A DNA stretch of 59,480 bases from Sminthopsis crassicaudata. Lineage: Eukaryota. Below, piece after piece: positions 1 to 13,101 of the stretch. Within the stretch, counting starts at the first letter, position 1; each line of letters opens with the position of its first letter. Position numbers and translations under genes: made by a program. The stretch lies in assembly GCF_048593235.1 (NCBI RefSeq), contig NC_133619.1:638893078-638952557 (forward strand). Direction: 5' to 3'. Under the pieces are notes generated by a model, which was not told the origin of the DNA, did no database searches, and saw nothing but the letters and a program-made list of their open reading frames with translations.

Positions 1-324
1 TTAGAAATAGCTCTGTGTGGCAGAGAGGAAAAGAAATACAGGTGAAGTAAAACCCAAAGCTATCAAAATATTAGAAAAAAAAAAAAAAGCTGAGGCGTCA
101 ATATTCTCTTATCTCTCAAGTAATAAAGAAGAAGAAAAGATGGTCCCCCTGTAGTCTCTACCTTGCCTCCTCTTCAATTGTAGTTGTCAGTGCTGCCCAA
201 CTCAGTGCTTACCCCTCTACTCATTTCTCATTCTATCCATGTCAGCAGGCTCTCAGCCCTTTGGGAGCAGGACTTCCTTTTATCCTTCTTTTGTTCCCCC
301 ATAACATGATGGGACATGGGGAAC

Positions 325-620
325 TTCATGCGATTCAATTCTATCATGGATTATGTGGCTACTCTGTGGTATAAGGCATGTCCTAAGTGTTAGGGAGACC
401 AAGACAGAACAGAACAGGCCCTGCCCTCAAGATGCTTACATTTTACTGCTAAGAGGGAGACACAAGAACAGAAATAAGTGAATAAAAGATAACTGGAGGA
501 GACATGAATAAATGGAAGGCTCGGAGGAGGTTTTATGGAAGTGTTACATAAGCTAAGCTTTGAAGAAAATAAAGGGTTTAAAAAGGCAGAATTGAAATGG
601 GAGTCCATTCCAGGTATAAT
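325..620 (+). mobile_element. LINE-2 (L2) 3' fragment
   Basis: ggcatgtcctaagtgttagggagac...ccctgccctcaagatgcttac resembles the L2 3' end; boundaries approximate. Confidence 0.55.
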
Positions 621-683
621 ATGGATCCCCCATTTTGATAGCTTTAGGTTTTACTTCACTTGTATTTCTTTTCCTCTCTGTCA

Positions 684-828
684 NNNNNNNNNNNNNNNNN
701 NNNNNNNNNNNNNNNNNNNNNNNNNNNNNNNNNNNNNNNNNNNNNNNNNNNNNNNNNNNNNNNNNNNNNNNNNNNNNNNNNNNNNNNNNNNNNNNNNNNN
801 NNNNNNNNNNNNNNNNNNNNNNNNNNNN
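684..828. other. Assembly gap (145 N)
   Basis: Run of N, followed by a GGAA/GAAA simple repeat. Confidence 0.99.
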
Positions 829-959
829 GGAAGGAAGGAAGAAAGAAAAAAAAGAAAAAGATGAATTTTCTCTTATTAACTTATTATGTCCCTACCTGAA
901 ATTAACTCCAGGAAATCTCCAATGTAGCTTAGGTGTACCTCACATTTATTGTAAAATTA

Positions 960-1520
960 CATTCTATTTTATTTTCATTAAGATCTACCTTCTCTCCCAC
1001 CCTACAAACACACATACACACACACACACATTAAGAAAGCAAGAAAAACAAAATCTTTTTAGAAACATATTTAATCGAACCAAAATTTCTTTAGCGTACC
1101 TTAAGTCCCTTTTTTCTTGGGGGGGGGGGGAACAGCAGGAATCCCCTCGAGTCCCTTAGATCATTATTTTGAATGGTATTCCTAAATTGTTTCTCTTTAC
1201 GATGTTTGGTGATTATACAAGTTGTCCTCCTGGTTCTGCTCACTTCACTTTGTATCAGTTCATATGTGTCTTGCTGGGTTTTTGAGAAACCATCCCCTTC
1301 CTCACGTCTCATGGTACAATACAGCACAATTGATGGGATTTTCCTCAGTTTCCAATTCTTTGCCATAACAAAAAGGGCTGCTATAGGTATTTTTGAACAT
1401 GAGTCCTCTTCCTCTTTCTTTGCCCTGTGTGGGGGTGCAGCCCCAGGACTGATATTTGGTCAAAAGGTGTCCAAATCACAGCATAGCCTGCACTCACATA
1501 GCACTTTAACATTTAGGTGT
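960..1520 (-). mobile_element. Old L1 3' fragment
   Basis: cacttcactttgtatcagttcatatg and caattctttgccataacaaaaagggctgcta are typical of marsupial L1 in reverse orientation. Confidence 0.6.
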
Positions 1521-2084
1521 TTGACATTTGTTTTTTCATTTGGTCTTCACAATAATGCTGGAGGGAGGTGCTGATATTGTTCCCATTTTGCAGATGAGGA
1601 TATTGAAGCTGGCCACTACACGCTGCAGCTCCTTGGAGCTGTGGGGGAGAGTGGAATAGGTCAGGTGGACACCACAGATGAATGAACGGCCCTCATGAGA
1701 CCCAGAGGTGTCGGTCACCCCTCCCCCACCATAGATAGGCTAATGGGGGCAGAGGGTGACTGACAGGTCTAGATCTTTGATGAATTGGAGGGCCCTCCAC
1801 CCCCAGCATGCAAAGCCTTTCCCTGGTGGAATGGGGAGATGATGAGAATTTGTCTTAAACAGGGAAGTGCGGGGGTTTTTAGAGCTCTGTCAAGCATGGA
1901 AGCCTCCAAGGGCACCCACAACATTCTGGGCTATGACCAGTCAGCCTGCCCCCAGGCTCTGATGGAGAGAAGGGGGAGACTTGAACCTCCATCCAATGCA
2001 CTTGCAAGTGAAGACATCATCCATGGTCTCGCCAGCCTCTTTGCACAGAAGTTCTACAGTCCCATGTACATGTGTAGAAATATA

Positions 2085-2340
2085 TAGATAATTCTTCAAC
2101 ATTAACCCTTGCAAAACCTTGTGTTCCAGTTTCCCCCTCTTCCCACCCCCTCCCCTAGATGGCAAGTAGTCCAATATATGTTAAACATGGCAGAAAGATA
2201 TGTTAGATTCAATATATTTATACAATTATCTGGCTGTACAAGAAAAATCAAATCAAATCAGAAAAGAAAATGATGAAGAAAATCAAATGCAAGCAAACCA
2301 CAACAAAAAGAGTGAGAATGCAGAGGAACATTTAATATAA
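2085..2340 (-). mobile_element. L1 3' end fragment
   Basis: cccttgcaaaaccttgtgttcc...cccctagatggcaagtagtccaatatatgttaaacatg, the marsupial L1 3' terminus reversed. Confidence 0.65.
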
Positions 2341-3789
2341 ACCTATCCCCCCTAGCACTTGGGAGCATAACCCCTGCTCTGGTCACTTCAGTCTCTGAAA
2401 AGTTTTGGATTGGGCTCAAAGTTCAGTTCAGTTCCTATATAGCTTTGGTAGCACCTAGGAGGATTATGTCGTGGCTGCCAGCTACCACGAGTCTCTGCTT
2501 CTGTTCCCAAAAAAGGAGTTCCTCAAGGAACATTTTGCTGGCAGTAAAACCTGGACTCTGGAAAGACAGGATGCTGGAGGACTCTCTGGGCCTCTCAAGC
2601 TCTACAAGTATTTGGAAATTCCAGAAGTGCTGAGATAAAGAGATTAGACTTGAGCAATAAATATCAGGGAAATCTGTCAATCAACCAATCACTCAACAAG
2701 CATTCTATTGAGCATTTACTCTGTGTCTGTGTCTGGCACTGTATTGGATGCTTGGTTTACAAATACAAATATGCCTGTGACTAGGCTCTGCTGGTCAGCT
2801 GACGAGGTTACAGGGTCCCCAGCTCCTACACAAGAACTCAGGTTAATAAAAGTCCATTGGATATAGGGTACCTTACTTACATCACCCCATAGAAAATGCA
2901 GACAATGTAAAGGACTCGTGACCAATGAATAAAAACAGAAGATTTTTTTCAAAGGTTTCCAAGATCCCACAGAACACACAAACAAATTCAAAAATATGCA
3001 AGCAGCCCATAACCTCACAGCCATAAGGCAGGCAGTCACATCTCAGGCTGATGAACAAGCAGCACCCCTTTCCACAGGACTAACTCTCCTGCTCCAATCA
3101 CTGTAATAAATTCACTTGATTTCCCAAGTCCCTGGACTCCTTGGATTCCCTAGTGTGGGTGAGCCTCCCCTTTCTCCAACTGGAAAGTCTCATCTCACTC
3201 CTGATGCTAAGCTTTCCAAATTGAGACCTTTCAAATTTGGCTTCACTTTAAAAGCCCTTCAGTCCTGGAGCTGCTGGAGCTGTCTTTCTGATCTGGACTC
3301 TGGGATCAGGCTGCCTAGGAGATAGAAAGCTTCTTTTCTCCATGAGGTTTTAGGGGGGTCAGGAACAGTGTGTACAAGCTGGCCTCTCTGCCATGTGCTT
3401 CTTCAAGAATTCTGTCAGTGATCCAACTGCTGTCATTTCTGGAGTTCTCCGTGCTCCAGTCTCTGATCCATGTTCAGAAAACACAGTCTGTAACAGTATA
3501 GTGGAAGCCTAACAAACTGTGACAATATGATTGTAATGCAGAATATTGGGATTCATGGGAAGATTTATATGAACTTATGTGAACAGAGACTTAGATTATA
3601 AAACTTATATGAGGCAAAGGAAAACAATTTCTATAATAATTATAAGACATGAAGCAAAGGGCAAAGAAAATGAAAACAATTTCTATAATGATTATAAGAC
3701 TTTTATGAAGCAAAGGACAAAGAAAAGGAAAACTATTTCTATAATGATTATAACAATATAAATAAGAACTACTACAGATTAAAAGTGAA

Positions 3790-4640
3790 TACTCGCTTCT
3801 TTTGTGGTGACAAAAAATTGGAAATTGTGGAGATGCCCACCATACATTGGGAGAACGGCTGAACAAGTTGTGCTATGTGATTGTGATGAAATATTATTTT
3901 TTATAAGAAATGATGAACAGCTAGATTTTTAGAAAAATCTGAAAAGATTTACATGAACTGATGCTGAGTGAAGTAAGCAGGAACAGGAAAAAGATTGTAT
4001 ATAGTAACAGCAACTTTGTGTGCAGTGATCAACTATGATAGACTTGTGTCTTCTCAGAAATTCAATGATCCAAGACAATGATCCACAGCCAGAAAAAGAC
4101 CTGGAGTCTGAATACAGATGAAAACATACTATTTTCACTTGTTCACTTTTGTTGTTTTTTGTTGTTGTCGTTGTTGGTTTTTCATGGTTTTTCCCTTTGT
4201 TTGGATTTTTCTTTCATAACATGCCTAATGTGGACATGTTTACCATGATTGCACTTGTATAATCTATATCAGATTGCCTGATATCTTGGGGAGGAGAAGG
4301 CAGGAAGAGGGAGAGGAAGAGGGAGAAAAATTGGAATTCAAAAATCTTATCAAAATGAATTTTGAAAATGATTTTTACATGTAATTGGAAAAAATAAGAT
4401 ATTAAGTGAAAATATATATTTTAAAATGAATGTGGATAATAAAGAAATGTGCAAATACATTTAGAAGAACTGCCCATGTTTAACCTATAATGGATTTTTT
4501 GCTGTGTAGGGGAAGGGGAGAGGAGAAGGGAGGGAGAATATTTTTTCACAGTAAGGTTTTACAAGGGTGAATGTTAAAAACCAACTTTGTATTTTGACAC
4601 TAAAAAGCTTTTATTAAATTTTTTTTAATGAATACTCAGT
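3790..4640 (+). mobile_element. L1 3'UTR fragments (several)
   Basis: gatttacatgaactgatgctgagtgaagtaagcagg, gatcaactatgatagacttg and ataatctatatcagattgcc are L1 3'UTR motifs. Confidence 0.7.
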
Positions 4641-4888
4641 CATTAATTAGGCTAAGGGTGACCTTGAAGAAAGAATATGAGAATGTACCTCACTCTTTGT
4701 TAGAGGTGGGGGACTACAGATGCTGAACATTGTATAGACTGCTAAGCTTGATTGGTTTCTTAGTTTTGCTGAACTGCTTGCACACCCCCTTCCTTTTTCT
4801 TTCTTCTTTGTTAAGAGGATTGGCTCTCTGGATGGGAAATGAGGGAAGGATGTTTTGAGAAATGAAGGTGATGTAAAAATAAAAAGTT

Positions 4889-5039
4889 GGGAGCAGCTAG
4901 ATAGTGCAAGGGATAGAGTGCTAACCCTGAAATCAGGAGGACCTGAGTTCAAATCTGAAATCAGACATTTTTAACACTCCTTAGCTGTGTGACCTTGGGT
5001 AAGCTAGTTAACTCCAATCCCCTCAGCAAAAAAGAAAAA
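4889..5039 (+). mobile_element. WSINE1-like SINE
   Basis: gggagcagctagatagtgc...ggaggacctgagttcaaatc...cctcagc followed by an A tail; tRNA-derived A/B box head. Confidence 0.85.
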
Positions 5040-5079
5040 GATCATCCAAAAAGTTAACAAAATTTCTAAAAAATTTAGC

Positions 5080-5681
5080 TGAGTACATAATTTCAGCGTT
5101 CTCTTGCCTAAGGCAGCCACACAAATTTTCTGCTTTGACCTTCACCATTGCTCTCTCCCTGTCTCCCCCAGCAACAGGAAAGGACAGGGAATCCCCAAAA
5201 GGGCCAAGGGTACTCTGTCATCCTCTCTCATCTGTGACAAGACTGCTTTTTCCTGAGCCCCAAGCAGCCTCCATGCTAGCCAGTCACTGAAACCAATCAG
5301 GACATGTCAACTGTGCTCTTACAAAGGTGTCAAGCCGTACATCCATCCTCCATGGGGGAGAGGGACCCTGAGAAGGACCGAGAGAACCCCTGAGCTCCCT
5401 CACAAAGACCTGGGAGTTTGGCTTAAGCCAGGGTATCTCACCATACTTTCCCTGGGCCTTAATAGCTTTCAGCTCTTCAGGATTCAGCTATTTAAAGCCC
5501 CTAGAGACAGGGCCGGTTCTCAGTCAATCTTGTTCCCTTCTTGACTCAAGAGAAATGTTAACACCTGATAAAGAAATCAGGGAATAGCAACTTCTCTAGA
5601 GTCAGCTTAACACCTCATTAATACCTTATAATTGATGACATTCTGGGCCTTATGGGGGGAGGGCGAACCCCCTCCCTTACA
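5080..5681 (-). mobile_element. Possible solo LTR
   Basis: Minus strand begins TGTAAGGG at 5681 and has an internal TATA-like tttaaatag; family and far boundary not established. Confidence 0.3.
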
Positions 5682-6011
5682 CTGACCAAGAGAGTATAAC
5701 AATGCTCCCCCCCCAAATAATTGTGACCAAGTGAGATTCATACCAGGAATTCCCGATAGTTCAAATTAAGAAAACCATTAGAATTTTGAGATGTTAATAT
5801 ACCCCTCAAGGTTATTGGGAGGTTCAGTATTAGTAAAGTACTTAGAAACTGTCTGACAAACAGTAGGTGCCACATATTAGAATAATTTTCATTAGCATAT
5901 ATTGATATGCAGGGTTTTGCTGATGGGGACTATGGCTGATATTTATAGGGATTAAGGTTTGTAAACCACTTGACAGATATTACATTTGATCCTCAAAATA
6001 ATGAGGTGGTT

Positions 6012-6175
6012 AGGAGCAGCTAGATGGTACAGGGGCTAGAGAACTAGTCCTGAAGTCAGGAGGACCTGAGTTCAAATTCAACCTCAGACACTTACAACTT
6101 CCCCAGATGTGTGACCCTGGGCAAGTCACTTAACCCCAATTGCCTCAGCAAAAAAAAAAATAAATAAATAAATTT
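6012..6175 (+). mobile_element. WSINE1-like SINE inserted into a MIR, with 14-bp TSD
   Basis: Full SINE body plus A tail; AAATAATGAGGTGG at 5996-6009 and 6176-6189; MIR-like sequence on both sides. Confidence 0.9.
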
Positions 6176-6289
6176 AAATAATGAGGTGGGGGAGATACAG
6201 GATTAGTCACTTGTCCAAGGTGGACATGGTTGCACTGGTCTGAGGGAGGATTCAAATCCTGGCTTCTAGATCACTTCTACCTATCAGGA

Positions 6290-6650
6290 GCCTAATTTTG
6301 AAAGAAGGATAATCAATTTAGAAAAGCCTAGAAAGATTTACATGAACTCAAGCTGAGTGAAGCAAGCATAACCAGGAAATCATCGGACCCAGCAACAAGA
6401 AGATTGTGTGATGATCAACTATGACAGACTTGGTTCTTCTCTGCAAATCGGTGATTTAAGGCAATTCTAATAAACTCTGGATGGAAAAGGCTATCCAAAT
6501 CCAGAGACAGATGTATGGCAACTGAATGTGGATCAACACATATTATTTTCCCCATTTTTTTTCTTTCTCATGATTTTTCCCTTTTCTTCTGATTTTTCTC
6601 TCCCAGCGTGACTCATATGGAAATGTATAAAAACAAATTTATATTTTAAA
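6290..6650 (+). mobile_element. L1 3'UTR fragment
   Basis: agatttacatgaactc...gatgatcaactatgacagacttgg...actgaatgtggatcaacacat. Confidence 0.7.
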
Positions 6651-6934
6651 TGTATAACCTAAAAATGTATAAATGTATAAAAGCATGTATAACCTAAAAA
6701 ATATATATAATAAAAGGGTATATAACCTATAAAAAGGATGTGTAATCTAAAAAAAGTAATAAAAGCATGTATAACCTTAAAAAAAATAATAAAAGGGAGA
6801 TGTATAACCTAAAAAAATAATAAAAGCATGTATAACCTTTAAAAAATAAAAACATGTATAATAATAAAAACGTGTATAACCTAAAAAATAATAAAAATGT
6901 GTATAACCTAAAAAAAAAAAAAAAAAAAAAAAAA
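6640..6934 (+). repeat. AT-rich minisatellite (about 10 TGTATAACCT(A)n(T)AATAAAA units) ending in poly(A)
   Basis: Directly visible tandem units followed by about 25 A. Confidence 0.85.
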
Positions 6935-9929
6935 GGGTCTTCTTTGTGAACTCAGGCATTTCCCTTTTGATTTCCCTCCAGAATTTGAGAGTATACCAGC
7001 TTTACTGGGGGGAAAGGAAGCTTCCTTGCCTCAAACATCCTTATTGCCTCTTTCGTGGATGAAACGGATAAGTGTTCTTCCACAGGGCCTGGGAGGGATT
7101 CTTCCTCAGTGCTGTTCCAGAACCCCGGCCTCCCAGTTAGTTAAAAGTGGAGAGATTCCTGGGCAACACAAGCTTCAGGAGTAGCCCTCAGTAATTCCTA
7201 GGCATTTTGGTGAGTGAATTGGAAACTGGGTTCAAATCCTCCCTCAGACACTCCTGGCTGAAGGTACCTGGATGAGCCTCCTTTTCCTGGTCTGTAAAAT
7301 GAGCAGCTTGTTGCTGATCCCTCAGTTACCTCCAGCTCTCCTATCTTTCCAGCTCTTCCAGCTATCTCCTATCTTCAGAGATCCATCCTCCTAAGGCAAT
7401 GGGGAGCTTTGGCCAGCTGCATTCCATTCTTGAGGAACGTTCCAGTATTCTCAGGCTACTCCCAACAGAGCCACATGGAAACTTCCTCAAGCCCACCTCC
7501 AGTCCTGAGTGGCTGGTCCTGTGAGATGGGGAAGTCTTATGTACGATTGACTGTAGGACCACAAGAGCTGATGACCAAGACTGCAGCTGACCCCTCCCTC
7601 AGTATGGGAATAGAGGGGCTGGCCCAGCAAGGAGTGTCCAGCAGCAGAGAAATACATGAAGGGAGACTTCATGGAGCAAGAAAAGGACTTTCAGGGCAAG
7701 CCTTAGGAAGGCCTGGAAGAATGACCCATTACTTTTCCTTTCAGAGGTCTGAGGGATTGTGGGTGGTGAGCCCCCCACTTATAGGCTCTCCCTTATCAAT
7801 TAGCCAAAGCCTTTAGTAGGCTCCTTGGGACCCTTCTTGCTGGGTCAAGCCAGGTTTCCTCTCCTGCCCAGGCTTGAAGGACACAAGATCTCCCTGAAAT
7901 CTCTCCACCAGAACCTTAGCTGTAGCCAAGGCCCCCAGAGAGTCTGGGCAAGCTTGTATTAGAACTCATTCACCTAAAATCAGGAAAGAGTAAACATAAA
8001 ACAATAACAGCTTCTCCTATCAGACAGCTCAAAACATACCTACCTGACTTTTGGGGTCCAGGCCCTGCCCCCCATTTGACCCAGCTGTCCTCCCCACACC
8101 TTGCCAGAGCTTATTGCCAATCTGCTGCTGTTGTGCCCTTTGGACAAGCTCCCCCCAACCCGTGCCCTCAACTTCTAAGGGACTTCATCTACCCAGGGAA
8201 CAAGTTTTGCTGATATCTGTCCACACTCTACCTTCCCCCACTTACTTTGGGCACAGTAATTCAATAGTTTTGGAAAAGGGAGGATCAGCTCCTTATTTCT
8301 GTGATTTTCCAGATCAATTTTCTTTCCTCATTAGATTATCATCTCCTTGAAGGCAGTCTTACTTTTTATATTTGTATCCTAGGCACTTAGCAGAGTCTTT
8401 CATATGATAAATGCTTATTCATTCATTTGCTCTTTTATTCATTCGTCCGTTCATTCATTTAAAATCTTACTTGTTCTGCAGTTTATAATATTTGAGACTT
8501 TTCTGAGGCACTGAAATTTGATCAGGGTCCCATAGCCAGAGTGGGTTAGATACAGAATCTGAACCAGGTGTTCTTGATTCTGAAACAGATTCTGCTTCCA
8601 CTATGTCAGGTTGACTGTTATTACAATGATTTTTAAAATTAATTTTACAAGCATTTATCTCTTCCCCTTGACGTCCCATCTCCAAGGAACCATTAAAAAA
8701 TGAAAATTGGACCCTTGTACCAAATATGCCACGTCCCATATTCACGTTGCCGACAATCCAAGAGCTTGGGTCTTGTTCTACATTCTAAGTCTTGGTAGGG
8801 GTATTGCTGGGTCACAACTTAATAATATTTGGGGATAGTTCCAAATTGCCTTCCAGAATAGCTATATCATTTCACAGCTCCACCAAAAGGGCTCTAGGGT
8901 GCCGCCGATATTATTACACTGAGTTATTTGGATGATAAAGTTCTAATGGGATGGAGGTGATATCTGTCTGGCAGTCCCACATTTATTTTTCTTCCAAGGG
9001 GAGTTTAAATCAGGGGTAGTAGTGAGTTGAGAGGACTTTAGGACCTTGTGGAAAATCTAAGCAGATATGTAGAGATCTAGATATGAATTATACTGTTCTG
9101 AATAATCTTCGGGAGGGGACAATACAAGCTAAAGAGATTGTGGCCTTTTTAGTGTAGTTTCCAAGACTGGACCTAGACCATATGAGTCCAGGACATGAGG
9201 TACTGGATACATAGGCTACAAACAAAAACTATATGATTATCTAAATATATGTGAAAACAGAAACCTTTGGAAAAAAAAATAGAACACCCATTTATGCTAA
9301 AATGCTTAAAATGGGTCTATGACCCTACCTATTTAAATGAGATTAGTTCAGTGATGCAGATTGCACCCCTCCTCGTCTACCCATCCTGTGCCACTTCTGT
9401 TCACGTCCTCCCATAAGTTTATCACAGGGGGCCCATCCAATGTGCTGAAGGCCTTCCTTGATTTCTCTTGACATGGCAAGGATATCAGTAAGAAAGCACC
9501 ATTCACCTGTTATCTTGCCTTTGATAATACCATTTTTTTCCCCTAGCCTATGTTTCTTTAATGATATCTTTTGTTCTTTGATGTTTCTCATTGACTTTAG
9601 TTGAAGCCCTGCTTATGGTGGCTGTCCTTTGTTCTGGACAAAGACCAAAATGACATCATTATGTTGAGGTCAAGGTACAGTGTGTCCAATGACTGTGACT
9701 GATCAGACAAACACTCCGAAAGAACAGGCACAGTTAGTTCATGTGAACATTTAGAGTGGAGATGTCTCTATATTTGCACATTTCTTTTAAGCTACTACAA
9801 TTCTGCCTTGTTCATAGAGCACATATAGACATAGACATAGATTCCATATCTATATCAATCAATTCTATACAAGCATAACAAGCTGTGCATACAATTGTAT
9901 TTCACAATTTCTACATAGGCTCTCTATCT

Positions 9930-11650
9930 AATCCTAGTTCATCTTCTCCAGCAGACTCTACCCAAACTATTATCTTTCCCTTTCTAATCTTTAATCTCTC
10001 CCTACTTACTGGTTACTTTTCTTCTTCCTACAAACACATTCAAATCTCTCTCATCCTTATGAGACCAAAGGTTGAACAGGAGAGTTACTACTTGTCAGCC
10101 ATGTACGTGAATCAGGGCTGAAGGAATCTGAAAATGAGATGATGAAACAGTCCCCCTATTAGCTGCTGAGTGGAAAATGTCAGTAACTTTTGAGAAAAGT
10201 AATTCTGCCCCTAGATCTCTTCCTTCAACCTTTGGGAGGGGTATTGTGTAATCTGTGACTTCCTGAGAAGGATGGGAAAGGGTGGTAGCCAGAATGGAAA
10301 AGGGGGAGGGTGCTCACTCAGAGAGGCGAGTTTGAGCTCCAGTCTCAGCTGCCTCCTCTTTTTTTTGGGTATCTCGTTTTCTGTTCCTGGTGACTAAATA
10401 CTAATCTTGACACGAAGGAGTCCAAGCTTGTAAGTAACCTTATCAACTGAAGAGGTTCAGAAATCCTAGTTCCTTAATCAACACCAGTTGCATTTTTGAA
10501 GGAATCCCTAGTAGTTACTGTACTGCCTTTTGATGACAGTGGTCTGAAACCTGAGGAAAAACTCAAATCTCACCTAGTCTGCTAGAAAGCATTTACTCTG
10601 AGGAAGACCATGCAATGCAAAGATCAAATGTAGAATGAATAATTATTTAGGAGTCTCACAAACTATATTATGTTCTGATGAAATTAAAGAATCAACCTGC
10701 AATAAGAGTAATTATAAATTAAGTTGCTGAATCCTGTTTCCTGTCAATACACATTTCTGAGTGAATTTAGCATTTCATTTTTATACAGAAAATACCTGTC
10801 TCATACTTGAATTGTAGTGTTTGATGAACACCTTTCTATGTCTCCCTTTAGGAAGACACTAGACAAGGGTTACAATCCAAGCTAATTTCCCTAAAGTGAA
10901 ATAAATGAGATCCAAAGAGTCCAAGGAAAAAAGTTTGACCCTCCCTCCTCTAGATGCTCCTTCAGAATTGGAACTTAGTTTTGCAAGTTTGTGGGTCTGT
11001 TGAGAAGGTCACCTTAGTGGAGAACAGCAATGGGAAAGTGCCCAGTCCCTTGGGCTTAGCAGCATTATCTATTGCCAGATTTGGGAAAAAAAACAACAAA
11101 CCTTTTATTATATCCTACTACCTCTGCTGGCTGTCATCTTATATCTTTCCTTTCTTAGTCAATTTCTTGAAACAGCTGTTTACATTCAGTGTCTCCACTT
11201 CTTCCACTTCTAAATCTCATCCATATCTGGCTTCCACCCTCAGCACTTACCTAAAGTTTCTCTCTCCAAGATCATCAGAACTCTCCCAATTTCCAAGTCT
11301 AATGATTCCTTTCAGTCCCCTTACTTCTTGACTTTTCTGCAGATTCTGACACTATGCCACCTTGTCCTTTGAAGGTCCTGTTGACATTGTTCTTGCTTCC
11401 TTTTCCTTTCTTGAGTCATACCATTCCTTCTCAGACTTCTTCACATATTCATTATCCACTTCATACCCACTGCCTGAGGGAACATACCAAAGATTTTGCC
11501 TTGGAACCCTCTCTTTCTGTCCACACTCTTAGTGAGTCTTTTCATGGATCTCTCTTTTGTTCCTATCTCACTCTTTCCATGTAGTTTGTATACTCATCAG
11601 TCCCATTAGATGCTAAGTTTCTTGTGAGCAGAGTATGAGTCTCATGTATT
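9930..11650 (+). mobile_element. L2 ORF2 fragments (about 9930-10050 and 11090-11650) separated by unrelated, possibly LTR, sequence
   Basis: aaagtttctctctccaagatcatc...cttcttgacttttctgcagattctgacact matches the L2 RT region. Confidence 0.55.
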
Positions 11651-12254
11651 TTCGAATATTCAGTAATTTGTACCTGGTAAATGTTTCCTATGTAATATAT
11701 AGTTGAGGAATTAAAAGCATATTTTGGTGAATTAGCAGTTGCTGGGGCAGCTTCATGATGATCCTGTGTCTTGATTAATGCACCATTCATCTCAATGCAT
11801 CATCTTTTGAAAACCTTTCTGAGGGTTTGTTTTTGTACTTTACAATAATTCTTATGGAAGGTGTACATGGGCGCTATAATATCTGAAGCCAGAGATGAAT
11901 CCCCAACACACACTGATTTAAATAGCACTTATCTGAAAAACTGGAGTGGGGAGAGGGGAATTTGGTGAATTACAGACTCCGTCTAAGTCAATAGTGTGAT
12001 AGGGCAAGCAAAAAATGTATGTAATCTTAGGCTGCACCCATAGTCAATGTTCAAAACTAGAGAGGTGGACTCTGTTCTAGTGACATTGAGAAACTGGGGA
12101 ATATTGGGAGGAGAGGGACCAGGATGGGCCTTAAAAATATCTCATGTGAGGACTGATCGAAGGAACAAAATATTTATGATAGAGAATATTCAAAAGGAAT
12201 ATTATAACTGTGTATTTGAACAGCTGTTTTGTTAAAGAGATCACTCATTCTTCT

Positions 12255-12410
12255 TAGAACCACAGGGTAGACATAAATGGTGTAAAGGAGTGAATTTAGA
12301 TTTGCTATTAGGAAAAATTTCCTAATAATTAAGAGTTCTTTTAGGCTACTCTGGGAGGTAGTGACTTCCTCTTCCTTGAAGATCTCCAAATAAAGGCTGT
12401 TTGTTGTGGA
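12255..12410 (+). mobile_element. L3/CR1 3' fragment
   Basis: tttagatttgctattaggaaaaatttcctaataattaagag...gggaggtagtgacttcctcttccttgaagatctcc. Confidence 0.65.
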
Positions 12411-12844
12411 GGGGGTAGTAGTGGTGTGTGTATCACAGTTTAGTTTTTGTTTTTTTTTTAAGCATCTTTTAAATTCTTTAAAAAAATTTACTTTTTCCAA
12501 TTACATGTAAAAAACAATTTTAACTTTTTTTTCCAAATTTTGAGCTCCAAATTCTCTCCCTCTTTTTTCCCCTTATTGAGAAGGCAATTTGACATAGGTT
12601 ACATATTCAAAACTTTTTAGGGTGGTCTCTGAATGAGGGGAATGTTTAACAAAAAAAATATGACAGCAAAGTTAATTTGTGGTTTTCTAAATTAATGTAT
12701 AGTTCACTGGGATCCTTCTTCAGGTAGGAGTTGGACTAGATAGCTCAGGAGTTCCTTTACAACAAGTTGTGATGAAAGGAAGGAAAGAAGGAAAGAAGGG
12801 AAAGAAATGAAATAATATACCATTCGGTCTGATCATTTTTTAAA

Positions 12845-13101
12845 GGCTGGTTCTTCTTAAACCAGACTGAGAAGTACAATGGTTACTGCTAAATGATCCC
12901 AATCTGGATTTCTACAGACCTGGACCTGGCCTGGCTCACAGCATCTCAGGCAGCCTGCAGTTCCCCACTCCCCAGACTCACCATATTGGTGCAGATTTTG
13001 TGTGGCAGTTGATTAGCACAGACCATAGCTTAGAACGTATAAATCAGGAGATCTTAGCGCCCCTGTAGGTGGGATTACAGGTATTTGCCATCATGTCCCC
13101 C
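12845..13101 (-). pseudogene. Degenerate near-full-length 7SL RNA retrocopy (P7SL-type element)
   Basis: Minus strand has ggcaaatacctgtaatccc (Alu domain), gcaccaatatggtgag and gggaactgcaggctgcctgag (S domain), ccaggtc, and ccattgtacttctcagtctgg (3' end), colinear with 7SL. Confidence 0.8.

Noticed and set aside
535-1159. ORFs spanning the start of the window
   Set aside because: They run through the N gap and simple repeats
6640-6934. CRISPR-like repeat-spacer appearance
   Set aside because: Mammalian DNA with degenerate A-rich units and no unique spacers; it is a minisatellite
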